A stretch of DNA of 64,000 nucleotides, taken from the NCBI RefSeq assembly GCF_009914755.1, contig NC_060932.1; one strand, 5' to 3'. The notes under the pieces are model-generated. The model saw only the letters and a list, made by a program, of their open reading frames with translations, was not told where the DNA came from and searched no databases. The position numbers were made by a program, and so were the translations under genes. This stretch comes from the human T2T-CHM13v2.0 reference genome, Homo sapiens. Of this stretch, positions 1 through 16,460 are shown in pieces. The number at the start of each line of letters is the position of its first letter. The stretch's first letter is position 1.

Positions 1-1890
1 TATCAGATTTTGTTTATCCATTCATCAGTTGACAAACATTTGAGTTCTTTCCACTTTTTGTTATTATGAAGAATCCTGCTACAAACATCTGGGTACAAGC
101 TTCTGTACAGATATATGTTTTCACTTCTCTTGGGTATTTGCCTAGGAGTGGAATTGCCGGTTCATATGGTAACTCTATCTATATTTGTTTGAGAAACTGT
201 CAGACTGCTTTCCACAGAGTGTGCATCATTTTACATTTAATATACAATCAGAGGGTTTTCTGATTTCTCTATATCCACATCGAGACATATTCTCTGACTT
301 TTTGATTCTGGTCATCCTGGTGGAGATAAAGTAGCATCTTATTGTGAATTTGATTTGCCTTTCCCTGATAACTATACAATCTTTCTTGGAGAAATGTCTA
401 TGTAGGTTATTTGGTCATTTTAAAAATTATGTTGTCTTTTTATTATTGATTTAGAAGAGTACTTTATATATTCTGGAAAAAAGTCCCTTATCAGATATAT
501 GATTTGCAAATATTTTCTCCCATTTTGTGTGTTGTCTTTTCACTTTCTTGATGAACTCCTTTGACACACAAAAGCTTTAAATTTTGATTGTGTCCAGTGT
601 ATTTGTTATAGTTACATAGTAGTTGTACATTTGCTGCTTATACTTTTGGCATCATATCTAAGTATCCTTTATTGAGTGTGAGGTCATGAAGACTTAGCCT
701 TATATTTTCTCCTAAGAGTTCTAAGAGTTTTAGAGTTTCAGTTTTTATGTTTAAGTCTTTGTCCTATTTTAAGTTGCTCTTTTTATGGTGTGAGGTAGAG
801 GACCAACTCCACTCTTTTACACATGACTATCCAGTTGTCCTGGCATCATTTGTTGAAAAGGCTATTCTTTCCCCCATTGAATATTCTTGATGCTCTTGTA
901 AAAAAAAATCAATGGACTGGAGAGATATGTAGTTAATTCTGTACTCTCAAAGATATGCCATTGATTTATAAGTTTGTTTTTGTGCCAGCATCATACTATC
1001 TTGATGTCAATTGCTTTGCAGTGAGTTTTAGAATCTGGAAGTGTGAGTCCTCCTACTTTGTTTCTTCTCTTTCAAGATTGTTTCAGTTATTTAGGGTCCC
1101 TTATAATTCCATATGAATTTTAGAGTCAGCTTGTGAACTTCTCCAAAGACATCAGCTGGGATTTTGATAGAGACTGTGTTGAATCTGTAGATCAATTTAG
1201 AAAGTATTGACATCTTAACATGTTAAGTCTTCCATTCCATGAACATGGGATGTTTTCCTATTTACTTCTGCCTTCTTTAATTTCTTTCAACAATGTTATG
1301 TAGGTTTTAGAGTATAAATTTTGCACTTCTTTTGTTAATTATTTCTAAGTATTTTATTTTTTCGATCCTATTATAAATGGAATTGTTTTCTTAACTCCAT
1401 TTTCAAATTATTCCATTGCATGTATACAGAAATACAACTGATTTTTGTATATTAATCTTGTATCCCACAAACTTGCTAAACTTGTCTAGTAGTTCTAATA
1501 GTTTTTAGTGGGTTCTTTTGGGTTTTCTGTATATAAGATCAATGTCATCTGCAAATAGAGGTAATTATATTTCTTTTCCAATGTAGATGCCTTTTACTGC
1601 TTTTTCTTGTCTAATTACTCTAAAACCTCCCAGAGTAATACTGAATGGAAGTAGTGAGAGTAGACATCCTTGTCTCTTCCATATAATAGGGGGAAAGCAT
1701 CCAGTCTTTCACCATTAAGTATAATGTTACCTGTGGATTTTTCATATATGCCCTTTAATGGATTGAGGAAGTTTCCTTCTAGTCCTATTTATTTTGTGTG
1801 TGTGTTTTTTAAAAAATCATGAAAGGGTATAGAATTTTGTCTGATGCTTTTTCTGCATCAATTGAGATGATCATGTAATTTTTGGGTTTT
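1..1890 (-). mobile_element. Old LINE-1 fragment (L1M class; ORF2 3' part and 3' UTR), decayed
   Basis: Typical antisense L1 text such as TTTGCAAATATTTTCTCCCATT, CATTTGTTGAAAAG and TTTTCTGCATCAATTGAGATGATCATG; no long ORF. Confidence 0.85.
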
Positions 1891-2349
1891 GCTAAATTTT
1901 TAATAACTTTGTGTTATTAATTACAATGGCACTTATGTACTCAAGAAACTATTCATCAATAATTCAGACTGCTTGATTCACAGTGGAGTTCTTGGTTATT
2001 TGAAAAAGATACTGTAAACCTCAAGTGTCTATAATCTGAAGTTCAGAGTCATTGGTCTGGTAACTTGCTATCTACATAATAAGTGGAGTGCTCACTGCTT
2101 TCTCTGTGAAATGGATTCTAGTGTGATAGAATCCTGGCATTAGGAGAGGCTTGATTGTGTAAGTAGTCTGGTCTTCTGCCCAGTGAGAGAGTCTCCTCCA
2201 CAGTATGTCCAACAGGTGGTCATCAGCTTGGAATCCACTCAGAAATTAAAGCAGGCCTTTTGGAAAAGGAGGAGGGGCACTGTGTTATAAAGTTTCAGTA
2301 TCATTTTTTACAAAAACACAGATTGGATTTTCTGTATTTAGTTATTTAC

Positions 2350-2550
2350 TAGACTAAGGGTCAGGAACCCAGGGTTTTAGTGCTGGTTTCAATCCTGACT
2401 TGTTATGTAAGCCCGCCAAGTTTTTGCTCCACTGAGCCTTAATTTCCTTCTCTGTTAAATGGCAACAATAATAATAACAATGCCTTATACATTTTATTTG
2501 TCCTAGCTTCTTCACAGATGCTGGAAGGCTCAAAAAATAAATTATATGAA
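2350..2550 (+). mobile_element. MIR SINE
   Basis: CTGAGCCTTAATTTCCTTCTCTGTTAAATGG resembles the MIR core. Confidence 0.6.
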
Positions 2551-2657
2551 GACAACTAAAAAAAATAATTTCATAAATTTAAATTATTAATATCAGACAA
2601 CCTTGGTATTATTTGTAACTCAAGTAATAAGAGTTAATGCCTTAAAAAAAGTAGGCA

Positions 2658-2980
2658 GGCCAGGTGTGGGGTTCACACCTATAATCATAGTGTTTTGGAA
2701 GGCTGATGCAGGAGGATCGCTTGAGCCCAGGAGTTCAAGACCAGCCAAAGCAACATAGTGAGACTCTGTCCCTACCAGAAAATTTTAAAAATACACCCAG
2801 CATGGTGATGCACACCTGTAGTTCCAGGTACTCAAGAAGCTGAGGTGGGAGGATCACTTGAGCCTGGGAATTTGAGGCTACAGTGAGCTGTGATCACACT
2901 GCTGCTCTCCAGCCTGGGTGACAGAGTGAGACCCTGTCTCAAAAAAAAAAAAAAAGTAAATAAATAAATAAACAAACAAA
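2658..2980 (+). mobile_element. Alu (AluJ-like)
   Basis: Dimeric Alu with GGAGGATCGCTTGAGCCCAGGAG and a poly-A tail. Confidence 0.9.
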
Positions 2981-3689
2981 GAATAGATATTCAATATTTA
3001 CATTTGTTCCTTAAAATTTCAGAAAAGCAGAGCTCAGGGATTTTGTCTGTTGGTGTAAATGAAAAGTTCAGTAGATAACTTGGGTTGGAGTTGAAACCCA
3101 ACTAAGCTGGTTGCACAGGTGTTAACTGAAGAGCTTAAAGGTAAGAGAGTCATATAGAACAGACACGAGACCCCAAACTCCATTCCAGGGTAGAGCTAAT
3201 CTGTAAAATTGAGATTCTGCATTCTTCACTCCAATGCGAGGCAATACACTAGGAAGAAATCTCGTCCACAAAACACTCACGTTCTCAACATTACATAGTT
3301 TTGAAGGAAGATTATAAATAACAGCCTGACACTAATAGAGTGGTTTTGGAGACCAGCTGTGTGGCTAGTTACTTTAGAGAATATTTATCTCTGTACTGAC
3401 CTTCTCAGGAAGTGGATACGGAATGGAGATAGAACACTCTCCTCCCAGAGCCTGAGGTTTTGGAATTCCCTGGCTCTTCTCTATCTTCTTCTGTGTTGGC
3501 AACTTCTCTGAAAGACGTGTGAGTTACTGCAATGTTTGTGTTTCAGGAAAGAGACTATAAGCCTCCAAGACATTTGTTTCTTCAGTCCTCTTTCCCTTCT
3601 ATTCCCTAGAATCCCAAATCTGAGTACTCATGGGCTCTAAAAAGAAAAAAGCTTATTTCTACACTTGTACAGAACACTTCTGACTATGC

Positions 3690-4860
3690 TCCTCTCATCA
3701 TCAAATGTGTACGTTTTCCTGCACCAAGCAATTGCCCAGTTTTCTGCAGACACCAACTGGGTGTCCTATAATTCAATTGAATTCTGACACCATTTATCTG
3801 GAGTTAATGCAGACCCCACAGGGCAAGGGCTCAGTCCTAAAGACTGCCTCCAATTCAGATGCCAATTGCAAGTCCCAGGTTAATACCTGTGCTTCTGCCT
3901 GAGCTGGCTATAAATTGAGTTCTCATGATGGCCTCCTCAGGTTCGATAATTTGTTACAATGGCTCACAGAGCTCAGGGAAATATTTTGCTTACTATTACC
4001 AGTTTTATAAAGCAGCAGTCCCCAACCTTTTTGGCAGCAGGGACTGGTTTCATGGAAGACAATTTTTCCACAGATGGTGGGGGGATGATTTCAGGATGAA
4101 ACTGTTCCACCTCAGATCATGAGGCAGTAGATTCTCATAAGCAGTGCGCAACCTAGATCCCTTGCATGTGGAGTTCACAATAGGGTTCATGCTCCTATGA
4201 GAATCTAATGCAGCCACTGACCTGACAGGAGGCGGAGCTCAGGTGGTAATAGGAGTGACAGGGAGTGGCTGTAAATACAGATGAAGTTTTATTTTCTCAC
4301 CTGAGGCTCACCTCCTGCTGTGCAGCCCAGCGGCAGGGAGGTGGGGGGTGGGGGCAGGGGTTGAGGACCCTTGTTATAAAGGACATAACTCAGGAACAGC
4401 CAAATGGAAGAGATACAGAGGGCAAAGGATGGGGAAGGGGCACGGAACTTCCATGCCTTCACTGGGCGTGCCATCTTCTTCAAACCTCCATGTGTTCACT
4501 GACCTAGAAGCTCCATGAATCTCATAGTTCTGAGTTTTTATGGAGGCTTCATTATGTAAGTATGCTTGATGAGGTCATTGGCCACTGGTGACTGAACTCA
4601 ATCCCTAGCCCTTCTCTCCTCCCCAGAATTCCAGGGTGGGGGTGAAAGTTCCAGTCCTCTAATCACATGGTTGGTTCCTCTGGGGTCCAGATCCCATCCT
4701 CGAAGAGTCACTTCATTAGCATAAACTCAGGTATAGTTGAAAGGGGCTTATTACGAATAACAAAAGACGCTCCTCTCATTACCACTCAGGAAATTCCAAA
4801 GGTTTTCAGAATCCCAGGCAGAGACCAAATATGTATTTCATAGTATATCCCAATATTACA
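3690..4860. mobile_element. ERV LTR (MER21-like) interrupted by MER1
   Basis: CAGACACCAACTGGGTGTCCTATAATTCAATT...AAGGGCTCAGTCC and the ...CAATATTACA end resemble MER21; subfamily by eye. Confidence 0.65.
4013..4373 (+). mobile_element. MER1B-like hAT-Charlie MITE with perfect 8-bp TSD
   Basis: TIRs CAGCAGTCCCCAAC / GTTGAGGACCCTTG; TSD TTATAAAG at 4005-4012 and 4374-4381. Confidence 0.9.
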
Positions 4861-5673
4861 CGCTCTCACCCAATTTAGACCTTGGGCATCTGTCTGTGTA
4901 GCCATGGAAATATTGGAGCTAAAATCTCCCAGGCAGAACTGAACATCCTTGCCAGAATTCACTTGGTTTCCCCTTTCAGGTACTGTGTTTTGATTTGAAT
5001 AGCATCAGAAACCAGATTTGAAGTTCTTCCTGCAAACTACTCTTCTGTTCCAGGGCAGAAAGAAGTTTAATGGGAGCCTTTTCCTGCCCCGGAAAATGAC
5101 TTCTTTGGGGAGAGGATGACAGCAGAGGGTCCATCTCCTTGACCCACGGCAACAGGCCCTGGTTTGGAAAAAAGCAAGGCAACAAGGAACTGTTGCTGAA
5201 CTGGTCATATCAGCTGGAACCCCTGCTCCCTTGAGGAGCTGAGGCTAGCAGTTGTGTTTGTTACTCTGTTGCTGCTGGAGATGGCTGTAGAACAGTCTAG
5301 CATTATAAGGAGCTGGGTGCGTGGGAGCTGAGAGCTCTTGACCAGTTCTGTAATTAAAAGGGGACATGCATTAAAAGCAGAGCACATCCTGCACATCCCT
5401 GGTCCTTTGCCAGGGGCCACAGATTGCATTGTCTGCACTTTGCTTCTTCACTCTGATGGGGTTTGGCAGTCTCTGGGGCAGTGGGAGGTGCAGAGCCTCA
5501 TAAATACAGTGTTTGCTTGGAAGCCCAAAGTTCCTAGGTTCTATTTCTGCTTTGGCTCCATTTAGGAACCAAACTGGAAATGGTGGCTTGATTTCCTTTC
5601 TCCAATCCTTGGGGGCCCGTGAGGACTCTTCAGATAGTGTATGTACCAAAGTCTTGCTAGAATCTCCTGTTTT

Positions 5674-5795
5674 GACTGGTTAGCTCAGCTGGTTGAAAGT
5701 GGGCATTAACAAAAGCTGAAGTGTGGGTCCTCTTCCTTTGTGGGCACGTGAGCTTTTTTCTATTTCACGGCCATGGGCTGCATCTCTGGCTCCAA
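5674..5795 (+). mobile_element. Ancient tRNA-derived SINE (MamSINE1-like)
   Basis: tRNA-Ile-like head GACTGGTTAGCTCAGCTGGTT, degenerate B box, SINE-like body. Confidence 0.55.
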
Positions 5796-7384
5796 TCAGG
5801 TAAAATGTCCTGGGTGAATTAATGCAGATTAAATGCCTTGCCTAGGATACAACTTGGTAGGTATTTAATCTGTGTTTGCCCAATGAATGAATGCAAATCA
5901 TTCAGAGAATCACAGAATGACAATAAAAAATGTTTTTAGAGACCATCTGCTGCATCCCTTTACAATATTATTTGTCAGAGAAAAACAATTCTGAGTCTCA
6001 TTTGACTATTTACAGTTACTATGTAATTTTTCTCAATTGGAAGGACAGAATTGCATTTTATTTATGCAATCCTTTATGTCCTCTCCAGCACCCAGGGCCT
6101 TGCCTGGCAATTAGCTGAAACTCAGATGGCAGTGCCCAGCGACCCTCAGCTCTGACAATGGCCCTGCCCAGATGGGCTCCCTGTCCAAACACCACATTTG
6201 GTATAAAGGCTATCACAATTGCAGAGTATTGAGTACAGAAACCTGTAATCTAGGGAAGAATTCAGCCAGAGCAGTTCCTCCTACACCGGGAACAGAGCCT
6301 ACAGCAAGCAGTGTGGAGACCTTGGTGCTCCAAGAAGGCCTGGCCTCTGGGGCTGCTGCTGAGAAGGTATCTGTGGGCCTTGGGGCGGACTTGGGGCAGG
6401 TGAAGCCTACACAAGAGGAAGGACCACCCCAACTTGTTAGTGAACAGAGGGGAGAACTGAAGACAAACCTCCCTGCCTTTGCTTAGGCCCAGGACTGAAG
6501 AAAATTAATCGATGTGTAGTTGAATGCCACCACTTTACAAGATATGGGAGGAGAAGGCCATGTGACTTGATAGGAAAATCGACTTCGTAGAGCCACACAA
6601 ATTAACCAAAGACTTTCTCCAGGGAAAGATCTTTGGGCTGCCGTAATGAATCACGTTCGACTCTAAATTGCAGAGGAGTGGTCTTTGGGATGCATATAGG
6701 AAATTATTTTGTAAAGAGACAGAATCCAGGGTTAGAATCTGAGAGGTGCAGCAGGAGTCAGAGTGGAGACTTGGTGGCTCTAAGGTAGCACAGAAGGAGT
6801 CATTATGTGATGGAAGGGCAGTGCCCACTCTCATAAACCTGGGCTGGAAGTGTGGGTCTCTGTTGAGCAGGTGTACTGCTCACAAAGCCCCCCAGGGGCG
6901 TGTGGCCTTGTGCCACTCTCCTTTGTGTAGCTCTTTAAGGAATTCCAGTGGCTAGGATATTTTTTTTTTAACTTTGGTTTTTTGGAAGTATTTGTGGGTT
7001 TCCGGAGAGGATGCCTGTCCTTCCATGTTGGTGCAATAGAGAGGCATGAGTGTGACTCCCAAAGCAGCTGGATGGAGCCGTGGTAGAGGCTCCCCAGCTC
7101 CGGATTTGAGAAGACCCAGCAGGGCTGGGAGAAGTGCTGCACAGGAGGCTGAGGGTAAGTCTCGCTTCTGTTCTCTGGAGGCGTTGGCCACACTAGCCTT
7201 CCAGCTCTTGCTCACAGACTTCTCTCCACTGTAAATGTTCTCCTTCCATCTTTCCACTGATCTTAGTCTTTCCAGCCTTCAGAGTTCAGCTCAAATCCCC
7301 ATGCTACCATAAAAACTGGCTGGCCCTCCAGAGAAGACAGCTTCTGTCTCTGTAACTCCTTTAAGCTGTAATACACTAACTTTG

Positions 7385-7615
7385 TCATCAGAGAGGCTGA
7401 ATTCAAATCCTGGCTCTGCCATTTGTCATCCATATGACTTGGCAAATTACTTAACCTCTTTGAGCCTCAGCTTCCTTATCTGTAAAACAGAGATAATTAT
7501 AATGACAATAATCCTAGCACCTCTTCTGGAGGCTATTGTGAGCATTAAATAAGATAATACACGTGAGGTATTAGTAAACACATGGTAAGCATTTAATAAA
7601 TGTTACTTGTTATTA
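7385..7615 (+). mobile_element. MIR SINE
   Basis: TTCAAATCCTGGCTCTGCCA...TTACTTAACCTCTTTGAGCCTCAGCTTCCTTATCTGTAAAA. Confidence 0.85.
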
Positions 7616-7890
7616 GCAGTTATTTGACACTCAGATCAGACAGCCTTATATTACTAACATTTTCACATATGATGTTCTCTCTTTTTGTGCAGGGTATAAT
7701 TTCCTTGATGCCATATACATTGTCGTTTTCCTGTTCAATAAATATTTGTTGTGTGTCATACTGTATATTTTTATTGTATTTAGTTATACATTTTATTTGA
7801 TAGATAATGATGTATAAATTATTATATTTGTGAGGTACAGTGTGATGTTTTGCTATATGTTTGCATTGTAGAATAATTAAATCAAGGTAA

Positions 7891-10860
<2,970 letters not shown>

Positions 10861-13800
10861 CATATTGCATTTTAAGCTTCATTGATTCATCAAGGTCTAG
10901 CTTAGAGCCTTACTTAATTACAGGTTCTGAATTAATTGTCTACTGTTTGTTTACTTCTGAGTACAACTAAAGTCATTTAAGACTACTGGAAAATAAGTTA
11001 CTTTAGCTTTTTCATCTGAAAATTTTTCTACAGTTATAAATTGTATATTTATATAGTACCATTATGATGAGTAATACATTATTACCATAATGGTAATAAT
11101 GTATTACCATAATTTACCACTTTATGACAATAATTTATAACCATAAAATTTTCAGATGAAAAAGCTAAGGTAACTTAAAATATTTTAGGCACCAGAATTC
11201 TTCTCAGGGAAAAATGCCATTGTTTGGAAAAAACATTTTGTTAAGTTACTAAGAGAAGAAGGTAAAATTTACAAAGGCGTAAGTCAAGACAACAACAAAA
11301 AAAATAGTGCCCTGCTTGAACCAAGGAGAAGATGCTCTGTGTTCCCGAGAGGGAGGATACAGAAGAGAGGAAAGGAAAGATTAAGAAAAGAGATTGGAGG
11401 AATTAGCAGATGAAATAAAGCTGAGATCCACATGCAATGAAGCAACCATTAGAAATTCCACCATATAAGACTAGGGATGCCTGATGTGGAATTTGAAAAT
11501 CTTCTTGCTGCTGTGATATGACACTCGCTTTTGTCCCTAACCACCTCAACCCATCCTCAGTAAAGTCTATCACACTTATGAATGCTTTGTGTGAAAGTTT
11601 TGTTTTGTTTTTTAGGAATTCAGGAAAGAACTTGAGTTCTACTTTTGCAGTGAAGAACAGAGAACACCTGCAGAAGCTGAGAATGAAATGAGCCCACCAG
11701 GACTTAGCAACCGTCTTGCTGAGGTTTGGATTTTGACAGGGTGTGAATGGTGGTTGGAGATAAGCTTATCTGGTTTTCCAGGGGCCAGGAGACCACAGCT
11801 AGGTTAGCATCTGCATTGCACATGTTATAGTAAGGATGCCTGTTTGCTATCAAATTACTCTAACAGCATTATTTCCTTTGACTCTATTTAACAGTCATGT
11901 GAAGCAAACCCTTTCTGTAGATCGTGCAAATTTAACTCAATCTGCATTGGGCTGGACATTGTGATAAATTACTAGGGATCTACTTGAATGACACTTTACA
12001 TGCAAACTTTATTTTTACATTTTAATATATTCAAACTTATATGGTTAGGAGAGGAGTGTGACAGCTTCAAAAATAGAAGAAAAATCATTAAATGTTGACT
12101 GGTAGAGCTGGAAGAGATCTCAGCAACTACTTTATAGATGAGGAAACTAAGACATAGAGAAGTGGATAACTTTCCAACATCATACAGCCTTTGAACAGTA
12201 GATTCATTGGAATAATTAAAACAGAAGGTCTTCTTTCCCTGCTAGGGGGATTTCTGCCATGAACCACTCCTCCTGTAGTACTCAAAGGTCTAACTTGGCT
12301 ATGGAAAAGCCTCTATCTCAGGAATGTTTATGTCTTTGGATCCTTTCCTCTCTTTTACAAAAGAACCCTGGAGAAAATAAAAAAAAAAGGTCCACATGGT
12401 TATAAAACACTGAACTTCAGCTTTTTCTGAAGCCACCCTCTTGTCCAAATTTTGGGGACTTTACGTGGATGGGAGCAAGCAGTTTATCTGGGCTTTTTCC
12501 TACTTCCTACCTCTCCCAGGACTGGGAGAGTCAACTGAAAACCAATCAATATATGTTTCATTTTTGTTTTCTGTATAAATAGTTGTCTTATCTGAAATGA
12601 CCTTTTTCCAAGAGCTAATAGCCATAAATTTTTGCAGCTGGACATGTTTAGAAATGCCTCTTAGCTATTTTTGTTGATTTATTTTCTTTGTCTGTATTTG
12701 TGCAATCCAGCTTTGGGCATAGAAGCAAGCAGCTCTGGTTTCTGGTCCTCTACCTCTAATGATTTAAATTCAGGGGACGTAGTTCTTTTTCTATAGGAAT
12801 GGCCCCGTATGGGATTCCATGGAGTCATAGCTCAGCCCAGGAGTTATTATTCTATCTTGGAGACTCATGTTGAATTCTTTTTGTGGCAACTATTTCTGCA
12901 TTTTCTGCATTTCTTTCTGAGTCTGCTTTGAAATGTTTTTATCTATCTATCTATCTGCCTACCTACCTACTTCCAATTTCGATGTCCAATAATATGGTGA
13001 TTATATATTATAGAGTATTAACTCACTGGCATATTAAGTGACCACAATAAATGCAAATGAAAATATCATCTGCTGTGTAGCTCCATGGAACAGCACATCT
13101 GAAACATATTAAGTGACCATTCCGTATATTTAATTATAGTCTGAAAAATTTATGTAACATGTGGATAAAGTTTAGACATTTTCTCAAAAAGAAGTAAGTG
13201 AACTAGAAGTTCTTAATGGCCTAATATGTGCTGGATTTATCTCATTTAACCCTTAGAACAGTCCTGTAAATTAAGCGTCATTACCTCCATCTGAAGATGT
13301 AGAACCTGAGTCTCAATGGATCAAATAACTTGTCTAAAGTCACACAGCTAATATTAATATAAAGGTACAGCCAGAGTTCTAGGTTGGTCCAAAAGCTGGA
13401 ATCTCTGCTCTTTTCATTATGCCGTGCTACGTTTAGAGAAATCTAAGCAATGATAGACTTATGTAAAGGGCTTAGAATTGTAGCATTTTGGGTTAAAAAT
13501 AAAAATAAAAGTAAATATAAAAATATTTTTGTCCCCCTTCATCTTCACTGTATTAATAATTTCTGAGTTGGAGCAAAGGACACATGACTGACACAATAGA
13601 GAGAAATCATCATTCCTCTCTGTCCTTTTGCTTCTAGAACAACGTTGTTACCTCTCTGTCTCTGGATATCCATTTTCCAGGCCACAATATGTATGTTCTG
13701 AGGTCTAAAGTCAAAAGGATGCCAAGAAAATAAGGCAATCGCTTAAGCCCAGAATGTAAGACTAAGCAATAAAACAATCAGAATTATCTGACTTATAAGC

Positions 13801-14319
13801 AGGGCTAAACTTAGATGAAATTTAGAAATAGAAATAAAAGTTGATCTTTTTCTTCTCAAGCCTCCAGTATGCTTTCCCTTCTCTTTTATACAAATTTATT
13901 TTCTGTATCACATGGTGCTGTGTTGAAATTAAGAAAATTATTCATATTAGGAATAAATGATTCATTATGTATAATTCATTACTTCTTCCATGAATATTCA
14001 TATTTTAATTGGAAATAAATTCTTAAGGTTCAAGAATGAATCCCTCCAGGTGGAATGTCAGATATTAATCAGCAGGTATCAATCAATCAGTAAATCTTCA
14101 CTATCCTTGAAATCACACAATTGGTTTCCTTATGAATCAAAGATGGACCTGCAGAGCTGATTTGATTCAATTAACCACCAGAAAAATTAATTTCTACATT
14201 TAACAAAGGAGTAGCTGAAACTCACAGAAGTTGGGTGATTTGTCTACATCTCCCAATTAGTAGGTGGCAGATGGGTTGCAACCACATACTTCTCTCTAGA
14301 GCAATAGAACCAGGGGGTT

Positions 14320-14720
14320 GGCAAGGATCTTAGAGTAGCACCATGCTGTTCATCCTTCTCAAGACCTCCTTACCAAATAATTATTAGTTTCAAGAAACTT
14401 CCCCAATGACACAGAACACACATCAGCCCAATATTTTTGCAGGTGTTGCTGATCTCAGTCCTATGTCACCTTGAAGATTCCACCTAGGACAACACAGAAA
14501 AAGTCTAGTCCTTCTTCTCTTCCTTGAACCTCATGCCTTCCCCACCCATAGCACCGACTTTCCTTTCTCAGGTTAAATATTCCTAGTTTCTCCTACTTTT
14601 CTTCAGGTGACATGTTTGTACTCTTGCCTCCTCCCAGTTATGCTCTTCTGAACTTGCTATTGTTTTCCTCAAAAGTATGGTGTGTAGAACTGAACCTAGT
14701 ACTCCAGGCGAGGTCTGAAC
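14320..14720 (-). mobile_element. Ancient CR1/L3-like fragment
   Basis: TTCTCAGGTTAAATATTCCTAGTTTC...AGAACTGAACCTAGTACTCCAGG resembles an antisense L3 3' region. Confidence 0.45.
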
Positions 14721-16335
14721 TCACTCATTCATTTATTCATTCATTCGATATGTATTTGATCAGTGTCAAACCTCTGTCTGATCAGGGCAGAGAAGGGAGG
14801 GGACTTAGCTGCATTTCTCGAGATGCCATACACTATTGGTTGCTGCCTAAGATCAAATTAGTTCTGGTTTTTAGGTGTTCATTGTCAACGAGTTCTCTGG
14901 AGCTTTTCCCCATGACCTCCTATGTAGTGTGCCTCGTTCTCCGCCAAGCTGCTTCTCTGTGTGCGAAGCTGGCTGTTTTTATATGGGGGTGTGTGCCTGC
15001 ACAGGATTTTATAAAACCTATTTGGGTTATAATGAGAACACCTTTCCTCAGATCCCAGTCCAGCTTTTGTTCCTTCCTGATGCCAAAGTTGACATGCCCC
15101 TAGTCTGTCTCTGTAATAAAATCTAATCTCCAGGATGTGGAGCCATCTCCCTGCTCAGGGGTCAATCAGGAGCCAACGAGAGAGGTAGTGAGCTCACATG
15201 TGTACAAAGATGCTTCTGTAGCCCATGGAAAACTACCCATCCAGTTCTTCCCCCTTGCTTTGGACTCTTCGCGGTCCCTCCTCCTTCTCCTTTGCTCCTC
15301 CCATGCAGTTGAACTGGCTCAAAGCAAAGAAAGGCAACAACCCAGTAACAGGGCACACAACTGAAGTCAGGGCATGAGAGCCATTTCTGAAGTTGGGATT
15401 CTGCAGATAGGAGGTTGCAGAATTCTGAAATCTACACTGAGGGTGTCTTTAATGTGTCTTTTCTTGCCCACGCCATTATCCTTCACTCTGTTCATTTTTT
15501 TTTAATCTAAAAAATTACTTCCACCGGAATTTCTTGATGCAGTTTGCAATTTACAGAGGGTCTTGTCTATGCATTTTACAGATAAGGAAAACTGAAAACC
15601 CAGAGAAATCCTTTGTGGGAGTCACACTGTGGACCCCGGGACCTTTGTCCTAAACTTTGATGATAAATTTACTCTGGCAATTTGTGTGTTTTGCTAAGGG
15701 AGCAACTAAAGAATAATCCACATCCTCTGTAAGTCTGTACATTCTAATTTAATCCAAAAGTCTCTCACGCTGTTATTTTCATTATGTTGGGTTTTTTCCC
15801 CCCACAGGAAGGAGATTGTGGAACATCTAAGTAGAGCTCTGCTAAAGCTAATTAAGCACCTTCTCATGTATCTTCACTCACTGCAATCCTCCGTGCCCAC
15901 TCCACATAGTCACATATCATCCAAGTCTTTGCAAAGCAGGAGAACCTGCACATATTAGCCTTCCATGAGTCAGATCTTCCTTGAAGGGAAAAAAATATAA
16001 AGGATCTAAGTATAAACCAGCTCTCAGGATGGAGTGAGGGAGAGATTCCAAACTTTTCCATGATAGAATGCCATCTCCTCCCTGCCCTCAAGTTCATGTT
16101 GTGAATATTGCCTGTATTCTTCTTAGTAAAAGAACTAACTCATTGCCATCCCTCTTGTTTGCAGATGCTTTTTAGGTCAAGTTTAAGCTTTTCTGGCTTT
16201 GGGGTGGAGTTCTAAGGCCTACTCTGCATTAATCGCATGCAAATTTTACTTTAAAATGCAAGGCATATTCCTTCTCCTTGGAGCACCCTCCACAACCATC
16301 TATTGCTGAACACATAATTTAAGTCTGCTATCTAC

Positions 16336-16460
16336 CAGGATGCAGTGGTGTGCACCTGTAGTCCCAGCAATTTGGGAGGCTAAGGTGGAAGGATCATTTG
16401 AGCTCAGGAGTTTGAGTCCAGCCTGGGTAATATAGCAAGACTGTCTCAAAAAAAAAAAAG
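16336..16460 (+). mobile_element. Alu monomer (FLAM-like)
   Basis: Single ~115 bp arm with poly-A. Confidence 0.8.

Noticed and set aside
5674-5750. tRNA gene
   Set aside because: Only the A box/D-arm is recognisable; the T-arm and acceptor stem are broken. It fits a decayed tRNA-derived SINE.
14612-15103. 163-aa ATG ORF
   Set aside because: Overlaps ancient LINE relics, has no recognisable domain and no promoter or splice support.
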